Of a DNA stretch of 64,000 nt, positions 18,624-26,821 are shown one piece after another. Numbering within the stretch: the first letter of the stretch is position 1; each line of letters begins with the position of its first letter. Under the pieces are notes generated by a model. The model saw only the letters and a list, made by a program, of their open reading frames with translations. It did no database searches and had not been told where the DNA came from. Source of the DNA: Bacteroidota bacterium (GTDB lineage: Bacteria > Bacteroidota > Bacteroidia > Chitinophagales > BACL12); NCBI GenBank assembly GCA_016718035.1, contig JADKEK010000001.1:541276-605275 (forward strand), written 5' to 3'. The position numbers and the translations under genes were made by a program.

Positions 18624-19457
18624 ATGATAGAAGATATATTTTTTCAAGACGAGGGACAAGTTAAAATTACTGCCGCATCAGTTGGTATAAGTAGACTTCG
18701 TTGGACTTCTGTAAAGGAAAGTGAAATTGATTCCAATAAGCATTTGGAGTTAATGGAGAAATATAGATTTGACCATTTACCAATTGAACCAGAAATTGGG
18801 ATTATTGCGGAGTTCTTCAAAACTGCGGAACCTAACAAATTCGACAAAATTGAAAGACTTAAAATAAATTACAAAGACGTAATTCCTTTAGATACAAATA
18901 TTCGAGATGTTATAGACAAATTTGCAAATCAAAAAAAGACATTCTTTTTCTTACGTTATCAGAAAAATATTTCAGGGCTTATAACATTGGGAAACTTAAA
19001 TTGTAAACAAGTTCAGATATATGTTTTCGGTTTAATCTGTGATTTAGAGAGGGAATTGGGTGACTTTTTAAACTCTCAGCTAACAAACAAAGAAATTAAC
19101 GAATGGATAAAAGGCAAAATTGACGCAAGCAATCCAGTCGACAAATACAAACTCATACTTGAAAATTATGAGAGCCTAACTAATTCTGACCTGGAAAATA
19201 GTCTAACAGAACATTTTTTTCTTGTTGACTTTTTTAAAATAATCGCCGATAAAAATCTTTACAGTGAGCTTGGTTATACCAAATCTGGGTGGGAAGACTT
19301 GAGTAGTATAAACGAACTAAGAAAGAGAATCGCGCACCCAACAAGAAGTTTAATTGACAACGAAAACAATATTTTTAAACTGCAAAAACGAATAATCAAA
19401 ATAGAAGACTTGACATTTCGCTTTACTATGCGAAAACAGAACAGCATTCGCCAATAG
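18624..19457 (+). CDS. Hypothetical protein: CBS-pair-like N-terminal half fused to a HEPN-like (RX4H) C-terminal half
   Basis: 277 aa. There are two CBS-like segments (...MEKYRFDHLPIEPEIGIIAEFF... and ...VIPLDTNIRDVIDKFANQKKTFFFLRYQKNISGLITLGNL...). An INELRKRIAHPTRS motif (R-x4-H) lies near the C-terminus. Confidence 0.5.
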   Translation: MIEDIFFQDEGQVKITAASVGISRLRWTSVKESEIDSNKHLELMEKYRFDHLPIEPEIGIIAEFFKTAEPNKFDKIERLKINYKDVIPLDTNIRDVIDKFANQKKTFFFLRYQKNISGLITLGNLNCKQVQIYVFGLICDLERELGDFLNSQLTNKEINEWIKGKIDASNPVDKYKLILENYESLTNSDLENSLTEHFFLVDFFKIIADKNLYSELGYTKSGWEDLSSINELRKRIAHPTRSLIDNENNIFKLQKRIIKIEDLTFRFTMRKQNSIRQ

Positions 19458-19605
19458 CATTGTGTCTAAATTAGCGGTGTCGCGCAAAATTGGGCCTAAG
19501 AGCCTCAATCAAGCTTTTATGCAATTTGGCAGTAAAGTGCTTCGAAATAACCAACCGCAGTAACACCCATCACCTTAGTCAGTATTAATATTAAACAATT
19601 TAATT

Positions 19606-20733
19606 ATGGAAGAAAAAGAAACAAACATTGAAAATATACCCGAAGAAAATAATGATTCGTATGTAAATGACGACTTGTATAACATCAGTTCTTGGGGTGC
19701 AGACTATTCATTCAGGGAATTGGTTTCATTGTATGATGATAATGATCTAATAAAACCAGAACTCCAAAGAAAATATGTCTGGGAAAAGCCTGAAGCTAGT
19801 CGTTTTATCGATTCCATCTTACTTGGATTGCCTATACCAAGTATTTTTTTGGCCAAAACAGAAGACAATAAAATGTTAATTATAGATGGGTATCAGAGAC
19901 TTATGACTGTCAATGATTACATAAAAGGAATTTGGTCGGGTGACAATAGTGTTTTTACATTATCAAACACACCAGGTAAAATTAACCATCGGTGGAAAGG
20001 AAAAGCATATAGCCAACTTTCTGAATCCGAACAACGAAAAATAAAAACTACCACTATTCACGCTATTATATTTGAACAAAAACAGCCTAAGGAAGATGAT
20101 ACAAGTTTGTATCAAATATTTGAAAGAATAAACACAAGTGGTAAAACTTTAATGCCGCAAGAAATACGTAACTGTGTCTACCAAGGTGATTTGAATACCT
20201 TACTCTTCGAATTGAACAAAGATGTTAATTGGCGATTACTATTTGGGAATCCCAAAGAGGATCCTAGAATGCGGGATTTAGAATTTATTCTTAGAATTTT
20301 TGCATTAAAAAGTAAAGAAATAGAAAGCTCAATAAAGGGAAGTGTCTCGTTAAAAAAGGTTTTAAATGAGTTTATGGGTTCAAAAGAGAATAATAAAGTT
20401 GAAACTATCAACAAGTTTCGAAAAGTATTTGTAAATTCGATATCAACCATTAGAAATTTATTTGGAGAAAACGCATTCTTCAATGTACAATCAAATGATT
20501 TGACTACAATTAGAAAAAGATTTTATCCTACTGTATACGATTCTGTCTTTATTTCAACCTCAATTGCTTTAGAAAGAGGAGTTGACATCACAAAAGTAAC
20601 AGAAGCAAATCGACTTGCCTTATTGAGAGATGAAAAATTTAGAGAATATTCTACTCAAGGTACTATGCAAGTAGAGCATATAAATGGTCGAATTAATTTA
20701 GCATTGCAATACCTTTATAATTTGAAAAGATGA
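19606..20733 (+). CDS. DUF262 (ParB/GmrSD N-terminal-like) domain protein
   Basis: Hallmark DUF262 blocks ELQRKYVWEKPEASRFIDSILLGLPIPSIFL and IIDGYQRL. No DUF1524/His-Me finger motif is seen in the C-terminal half. Its stop overlaps the next start in an ATGA. Confidence 0.8.
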   Translation: MEEKETNIENIPEENNDSYVNDDLYNISSWGADYSFRELVSLYDDNDLIKPELQRKYVWEKPEASRFIDSILLGLPIPSIFLAKTEDNKMLIIDGYQRLMTVNDYIKGIWSGDNSVFTLSNTPGKINHRWKGKAYSQLSESEQRKIKTTTIHAIIFEQKQPKEDDTSLYQIFERINTSGKTLMPQEIRNCVYQGDLNTLLFELNKDVNWRLLFGNPKEDPRMRDLEFILRIFALKSKEIESSIKGSVSLKKVLNEFMGSKENNKVETINKFRKVFVNSISTIRNLFGENAFFNVQSNDLTTIRKRFYPTVYDSVFISTSIALERGVDITKVTEANRLALLRDEKFREYSTQGTMQVEHINGRINLALQYLYNLKR

Positions 20734-21155
20734 ACAATCAAACAGCTCTTCAAAGCCTCAATGATTGTTCAATAGAATTAGATAAGCTTCAGAAAATAAT
20801 TGAAGTATTTGGGCAGTCACATTCCATTGTTCCATTCCTTTCTAACTATGCAGTTATTAAATGTTGTGGAACAATCGAAAATTGTTTTAAGATAATTATT
20901 TCAGACTTTCATAATTCATTGCCGCCCCAGGCGAAAAACTACATTGAAAACACTTTTCTTTATAGTTCAATGAATCCCAGCAAGGAAAATATTTGTAAAA
21001 GTCTTAAAAAATTTGATAAACAATGGAATATTAATTTTAAAGCAAAATTGGCATCTGAAATTGATACCAATCGAATTGAATCGTCTTTGAGTTCTCTCAA
21101 CGAAGCAAGAAATACCTTTGCTCATGGAAGTAATCCAGGAGTTAGTTTTTGCTAG
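20730..21155 (+). CDS. HEPN-like putative RNase (RNxxAH motif), C-terminus displaced by a frameshift
   Basis: NEARNTFAHGS carries the R-N-x-x-A-H motif. The gene is translationally coupled to the DUF262 gene. The ORF stops at 21155, just after a T5 run (21146-21150). With T4 the reading would continue as ...VSFASVVTYFNDSRRVIEILDEVVI to a TAA at 21217-21219. Confidence 0.6.
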   Translation: MNNQTALQSLNDCSIELDKLQKIIEVFGQSHSIVPFLSNYAVIKCCGTIENCFKIIISDFHNSLPPQAKNYIENTFLYSSMNPSKENICKSLKKFDKQWNINFKAKLASEIDTNRIESSLSSLNEARNTFAHGSNPGVSFC

Positions 21156-21731
21156 TGTAGTCACTTATTTCAATGACTCAAGAAGAGTTATTGAAATTTT
21201 AGACGAAGTTGTTATCTAATTAATACGCTTAACAGGGCACTATTACGATCTTGCATTATATTAAACTTTATAACTGGAGCTTTATTTTGAATTATTTCTA
21301 ATAACAGATTTGATTCTCAAAATCGCAAACAGCAAATTGCTGTAAAACGATATAAGAATTATTTGCCAACAAGCAAAGTAAAGGCTACCTCTAATAAAAT
21401 TTAGATTCATCTATTTTATATATGCAAATAGGCAAACGAATTGCTCAAGGACAGGTCATGTAAAATAAATTTCTATTTAACATCATGACTTTAATTAATT
21501 TTAATTAATTTATGATTTTTAATACTGAGAAGTTAGTATAGGTCATGCGAATTATTTGTTGGAGTAAAGAAGAATTTATTGACATAGACTCTGCCTTTTT
21601 TTCTAGTAAGTATATATTTGCAAAAATTAACAATGATTTTCGTATTTTAGGAGAGATTTGTCACCGATTTTTTTAATATTGGACGATTATTTCATTTTTA
21701 AACAATCACAAGGTGCAGTATATTTGAACCC

Positions 21732-24700
21732 ATGAACCAAGGAATCTATGAAGAACTAGTAACGCAATTGGTCTCAAATAAAATTAATGAGCTCAATAGG
21801 GATTCATATTACATAAATAAATCTAAGATTGATAAAGAGGAAGCTTCAATTATTATCTCGCGCCATTTAGCAAAAACTATCAAAGGGGCGCTTGATGCTA
21901 TGAAAAATGAAACCAATCTGATAGAACTCCAAATTGAAATTGCAAACAAAATCATACAATTTTTAAAGTCTGAATTGAAGTCAAATGATTTTGATAGGGA
22001 TTTGATTGAAAGTGGGGGTGAAATATTAAAAGCTGTGTTTACTAAAATTGATGCTCATTTTTCTGACTTCGACCTCCATTTAAAAGAAATAACACCCTAT
22101 ACCAGACTTACCTACAGTGAATTATTCACAGGCGGGAGTAATACCGGTTTATCCCTTGAAAGTGAACTTAAAAAAGAAATACTTTCTTCCAACAAAATTG
22201 ACTTACTCGTATCATTTATCAAGTTTAAAGGCATCATCATTTTAGAGCGGGAACTTAAGGAGTTTACTCAAAGGGGAGGCCAATTGCGGGTTATCACTAC
22301 TACCTACATGGGAGCTTCTGACTATAAAGCAATTGAATTGCTGTCAAAGTTGGAAAATACACAAGTAAAAATATCCTATAACACTGGAAACGAAAGGCTT
22401 CACGCAAAAGCGTATTTGTTTTATAGGAATACTGGTTTTCATACCGGGTATATTGGCTCTTCCAATTTTTCAAGGTCTGCTCTAACAGATGGTTTGGAGT
22501 GGAATGTGAAAATTACTACTAAGGAAGTAGGCCACATTATTGATAAATTCCAAAAAACTTTTGAGTCATACTGGCAAAGTGATGATTTTGAAATTTTCGA
22601 TAGTGCTATTCACAAGGAAAAACTTACCGAATCATTAAACAAAGGCAAAAACAATACGAATGGAGTTGTAAATCCTGTCGCATATTTTGATTTAAAACCT
22701 TATCCTTTTCAATATGAAATCCTTGAAAAACTCGAGGTTGAAAGAACGATCCATTATCGATATAGAAACCTTGTAGTTGCAGCTACGGGTACTGGTAAAA
22801 CAATAATTTCAGCTTTTGATTACAAGAATTTTAGGAATGAAAACAAATCTGCGAAATTACTTTTTTTAGCACATCGGAAAGAAATTTTGGAGCAGGCACT
22901 TTCAACATTTCAAGGAATATTAAAAGACAATAACTTCGGAGAATTATGGGTAGATGGAAAAACTCCAACAAATTATGAATATGTGTTCGCCTCAATCCAA
23001 ACTCTTAAGAATAGGCTTGATGATTTAGAACTTTCTAAAGATTTTTTTGATTATATAATTATTGATGAGTGCCACCACCTCACCGCCTCTTCTTATAGAG
23101 GAATAATAAATTACTTCACGCCTAAAATTTTACTCGGCCTTACTGCAACACCTGAAAGAATGGATGGTGGTGACATAAAAGAGGATTTTCACAATAGAAT
23201 TGCAGCCGAAATTAGATTGCCTGAAGCTTTAAACAGAAAATTATTGTGCCCTTTTCAATATTTTGGAATTACGGATAGTGTTGATCTAACAAAAGTGCGT
23301 TGGGAAAAAGGCCGGTATGTAGCTAGTGAGTTAAGTAATATTTATACCGCTAATGATAGGCGCGTTCGTGAAATAATTGATGCGCTTGATAAATATACCA
23401 AAGACTATAACAATGTAAGAGCACTCGGATTTTGTGTAACTATTGAGCACGCAAAGTTTATGGCGGAAAAATTCTTATTAGCTGGTTTCAAGGCTGGTTA
23501 TTTAACGAGCGCTAATTCCAATAATAGGTCAGAAATCAGAAATCAGCTGCTTAAAAAAGAAATCAATTATTTATTTGTTGTAGACATTTTTAATGAAGGC
23601 GTTGATATACCAGAAATTGACACGGTTTTATTTTTACGGCCAACAGATAGTTTAACCGTTTTTCTGCAGCAACTCGGAAGAGGCTTGAGGTTAGCTGATG
23701 ACAAGGAATGTTTGACTGTACTTGATTTTGTTGGTAATGCCAGGCCAGAATACAATTTTGAAAATAAATTTCGAGCATTAATTGGAAAAACATCTACACC
23801 AGTAAAAAAGGAGGTTGAAGACAATTTTCCACATCTGCCTTTGGGATGTTCAATAATTTTAGAAAGGAAGGCTAAAGAATTTATTTTAAGCAATATCGCT
23901 GCTGCAACTGCCCTAAATCAGAATCAGCTTATTCTTAAAGTAAAAACATTTCAACACCAAACAACACTTCCGTTAAATCTGAAGAATTTCACCGAATTTT
24001 TTGATATACCACTTCAATTGATTTATAAACAAAGCAGAAAATTTGGATGGAAAAGGCTTTGTCAAATGGCAGGTATTATTGATGATTTTGGAAGTGAAAA
24101 TGAAAGTCAGATATTATCTGCAATGACTAACAAATGGTTGTCGACAGCATCCAGCAGCTATTTTAACTTTATTTTAAAACTTGCTAAAAAAGGTTTTAAA
24201 ATTAAAATCGCTGATTTGACGAAGATTGAAAAAACAATGGCATTAATGCTCCATTTTGATGTAAGGCAGAGTGCAGGCGGGTTTAAGTCACTAGAAGATT
24301 CTATAAATCACATAGGGAAAAATAAAATACTTGTTGAAGAGATTGTAGAATTAATGGAGATTTTAATTGACAAAATTGATTTCAAAGAAATTGAAATTGA
24401 TTTGCCTTATAACCAACCATTAAAATTGCATGCACGTTACACTAGAGCCCAAATACTAGCAGCATTTGGTTTGAGTAGTTTTGAGAAAAAATCCTCGAAT
24501 AGGGAAGGGGTTGCAAAAAATGACGAACTTAACACGGAACTATTATTTATAAATTTAATTAAATCGGAAGAAGACTTTTCGCCAACAACTATGTATGATG
24601 ACTACGCGATAAATGAACGTTTATTTCACTGGCAAAGTCAAAATTCAGTTGGACCCAATACGCCAAAAGGCTTATCCTATATAACGCATAAGGAGAATCA

Positions 24701-24890
24701 AAAAAAAATATTACTTTTTGTCCGGGAAAAATCAAATGACGAGTTTGGAAACGCAATGGGCTATGTGTTTGTAGGTGAAGGCACTTTAAATCATTATTAT
24801 GACTCCAAACCAATGAGTGTTGAGTGGGAATTGAAGGAGCCATTGCCACATTTTCTTTGGAAGGATGCAGCGAAGTTGAGAGTGGGTTGA
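21732..24890 (+). CDS. PLD (HKD) nuclease-SF2 DEAD/DEAH helicase-DUF3427 fusion protein
   Basis: 1052 aa. HKD motif HAKAYLF..GYIGSSNFS. Helicase motifs VVAATGTGKT (I), IIIDECHH (II), GLTATPER (III) and FLQQLGRGLR (VI). The C-terminal ~300 aa end ...EWELKEPLPHFLWKDAAKL, as I recall for DUF3427. Confidence 0.85.
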   Translation: MNQGIYEELVTQLVSNKINELNRDSYYINKSKIDKEEASIIISRHLAKTIKGALDAMKNETNLIELQIEIANKIIQFLKSELKSNDFDRDLIESGGEILKAVFTKIDAHFSDFDLHLKEITPYTRLTYSELFTGGSNTGLSLESELKKEILSSNKIDLLVSFIKFKGIIILERELKEFTQRGGQLRVITTTYMGASDYKAIELLSKLENTQVKISYNTGNERLHAKAYLFYRNTGFHTGYIGSSNFSRSALTDGLEWNVKITTKEVGHIIDKFQKTFESYWQSDDFEIFDSAIHKEKLTESLNKGKNNTNGVVNPVAYFDLKPYPFQYEILEKLEVERTIHYRYRNLVVAATGTGKTIISAFDYKNFRNENKSAKLLFLAHRKEILEQALSTFQGILKDNNFGELWVDGKTPTNYEYVFASIQTLKNRLDDLELSKDFFDYIIIDECHHLTASSYRGIINYFTPKILLGLTATPERMDGGDIKEDFHNRIAAEIRLPEALNRKLLCPFQYFGITDSVDLTKVRWEKGRYVASELSNIYTANDRRVREIIDALDKYTKDYNNVRALGFCVTIEHAKFMAEKFLLAGFKAGYLTSANSNNRSEIRNQLLKKEINYLFVVDIFNEGVDIPEIDTVLFLRPTDSLTVFLQQLGRGLRLADDKECLTVLDFVGNARPEYNFENKFRALIGKTSTPVKKEVEDNFPHLPLGCSIILERKAKEFILSNIAAATALNQNQLILKVKTFQHQTTLPLNLKNFTEFFDIPLQLIYKQSRKFGWKRLCQMAGIIDDFGSENESQILSAMTNKWLSTASSSYFNFILKLAKKGFKIKIADLTKIEKTMALMLHFDVRQSAGGFKSLEDSINHIGKNKILVEEIVELMEILIDKIDFKEIEIDLPYNQPLKLHARYTRAQILAAFGLSSFEKKSSNREGVAKNDELNTELLFINLIKSEEDFSPTTMYDDYAINERLFHWQSQNSVGPNTPKGLSYITHKENQKKILLFVREKSNDEFGNAMGYVFVGEGTLNHYYDSKPMSVEWELKEPLPHFLWKDAAKLRVG

Positions 24891-25297
24891 TATTTCAATC
24901 TAGGTATTTGGAAATTGACAACACAAGTAATTTTTATTTAATTGGCGCTAAATACAATAAGAAAATTGGCTTTTATTCCAGTAAATTACCTCCAAATATT
25001 TTTAACCGTGTCGTATCAGAGCTCAATTGCATTCAACTTGATAGTTTAAATCAATATTATGAAGCCAGTTGGACCGACGACCAAACCTGTGGTGTTTTAA
25101 TACAAACAACAGATACTATTTATAAAAGTAGTGCCTATGGCTTTGATGAAGAACCTGTGGAATTGAGAATCCTTTTTCATACGCTCATGGAATTGTATAA
25201 AGATGTGGAATTGAAAGAGGATTCATTAATTGAAGATAAATTTTTATTCCAGAATTTCCCTTACGAAAATATTCCCCCTCCACCAAATCGCAAATAA
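24887..25297 (+). CDS. Hypothetical protein, probably a 5-prime-truncated remnant (DUF6438-like by recollection)
   Basis: The ORF has no ATG start. An in-frame TTG at 24887 overlaps the helicase stop (TTGA), and a GTG at 24824 is the alternative. There is no signal peptide or Cys-rich N-terminal part. It has a YYEASWTDDQTCGVLIQT core. Confidence 0.35.
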   Translation: MIFQSRYLEIDNTSNFYLIGAKYNKKIGFYSSKLPPNIFNRVVSELNCIQLDSLNQYYEASWTDDQTCGVLIQTTDTIYKSSAYGFDEEPVELRILFHTLMELYKDVELKEDSLIEDKFLFQNFPYENIPPPPNRK

Positions 25298-25532
25298 TCA
25301 GGTTATTTCGTATATTTTGCAACTACCATATTAAAATCTGGATTGGCACCCGTAATACCGGACTCTGTAATTTTGATGGTAAAACATTTACCAATTTTAA
25401 GGAATTAGAATAAAGGTTTATTTCCTAGAAACCATTTCAGGCTTTCAGCGGTTGAAAATTACTTGGTTTAGATATCCTGCAACTGCTGTGGATTGGTTTA
25501 CCTAGTGGAAAACAATCAAATATTACTTATCT

Positions 25533-25829
25533 TTGGAATATGAATTATCTGGCCCAAATAAAAATGAACTGGAAAAAATGAAACCAGAGCTATCGGAAAA
25601 GTTTTTCGTAAGCGAAATTGGGTTATTCGGGTCAATCACCCGTGATGATTTTACTCCAAATAGTGACGTAGATATAATTGTTGATTTCAATAAGCCTATC
25701 GGTATTGAATTTATTGATTTAGCTGATTTTATAGAAAGTAGGCTACACAGAAGGATTGATTTAATATCTAAAAAAGCATTAAGAAAATATTTTTATTTGA
25801 GTATAGATAAGGAAATACAATATGTCTAA
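25533..25829 (+). CDS. Nucleotidyltransferase (MNT/MntA-type antitoxin)
   Basis: IGLFGSITRDDFTPNSDVDIIVDF is the minimal nucleotidyltransferase signature (GS..D.D). It is about 98 aa. Confidence 0.75.
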   Translation: MEYELSGPNKNELEKMKPELSEKFFVSEIGLFGSITRDDFTPNSDVDIIVDFNKPIGIEFIDLADFIESRLHRRIDLISKKALRKYFYLSIDKEIQYV

Positions 25830-25879
25830 ACGATAAGATACTGTATTACTTAAATGCATTATTAAAAGACGTACTCTAA
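25822..25879 (+). pseudogene. Remnant of the cognate HEPN (DUF86/HepT-like) toxin gene
   Basis: An ATG at 25822 overlaps the MNT stop by 8 nt, as in intact MNT-HEPN pairs. It reads MSKR then stop. One frame over it continues KILYYLNALLKDVL then stop. The RX4H-bearing body is absent. Confidence 0.4.
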
Positions 25880-26037
25880 CCTATTAATTATACATCAACT
25901 AAATTTTAGGCTTCAAAAGTGAAATATTTATTCTAAAATAGCCAATTCCCGCATCACTTAAAATTACCATCATTCATTCTTAATAAAAATTGTATTGCCT
26001 AATTATAAATTAGCAATTGTATCTAATTGTAGGGACG

Positions 26038-26780
26038 AATTGCATGCGTCCTTACGATTAGATATAATTGCGCCAGCCTCTCGAAAAATTAAAACACTCA
26101 TCCCTCATTTTTTATCATCAGCAACCTTAGCGTAACTTCGAGCCCCTTAGAGCCTTCGTGGCTAACAAGGAAAATGTTTTGTTAGTTTTAAATTCAAAAG
26201 GTTTACCACAAAGTAGCAAAGCGCCTCTAAGATTCGCTAAGGGTATTAAATGAATTGCATGCGTCCTAACAATTAGATACAATTGCGCCAGCCTCTCGAA
26301 AAATTAAACACTCATCCCTCATTTTTTATCATTAGCAACCTTAGCGTAACTTCGAGCCCCTTAGAGCCTTCGTGGCTACCAAGGAAAATGTATTGTTAGT
26401 TATATATTAAAAAGGTTTACCACAAAGTAGCAAAGCGCCTCTAAGATTCGCTAAGGGTATTAAATAAATTGCATGCGTCCTAACGATTAGATACAATTGC
26501 GCCAGCCTCTCGAAAAATTAAACACTCATCCCTCATTTTTTATCATTAGCAACCTTAGCGTAACTTCGAGCCCCTTAGAGCCTTCGTGGCTAACAAGGAA
26601 AATGTATTGTTAGGTTTAAATTAAAAGGTTTACCACAAAGTAGCAAAGCGCCTCTAAGATTCGCTAAGGGTATTAAATAAATTGCATGCGTCCTAACGAT
26701 TAGATACAATTGCGCCAGCCTCTCGAAAAATTAAATCCTCATCCAACATCACTCATCACTCATCCCTCATTTCTCATCTT
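26038..26780. repeat. Tandem repeat, about 3.5 copies of a ~214-bp unit
   Basis: Units start at 26038, 26253, 26467 and 26680 (aattgcatgcgtcc...). Each full unit holds a CTCATCCCTCAT word plus a CTTNG/CNAAG inverted-arm pair (26126-26161 and 26206-26241 in copy 1). Differences between copies cluster in the loop between the arms. Confidence 0.9.
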
Positions 26781-26821
26781 TGGCACGATAATGGAATTTA
26801 CCTATTAAAAAAGGAGGGTTT

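Noticed and set aside
21545-21676. 43-codon ORF (MRIICWSKEEFIDIDSAFFSSKYIFAKINNDFRILGEICHRFF) in the gap before the helicase gene
   Set aside because: It is short and AT-rich with no recognisable motif, and it overlaps the likely promoter region. It could only be supported by conservation or ribosome profiling.
26038-26780. Possible CRISPR array
   Set aside because: The units are about 214 bp and similar along their whole length. There is no alternation of short conserved repeats with unique spacers, and no cas genes are in the window.
18100-26800. Prophage, integrative element or IS as the vehicle of the accessory segment
   Set aside because: I found no integrase, transposase, tRNA target, terminal inverted repeats or flanking direct repeats by eye. 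The mobility mechanism remains unknown.
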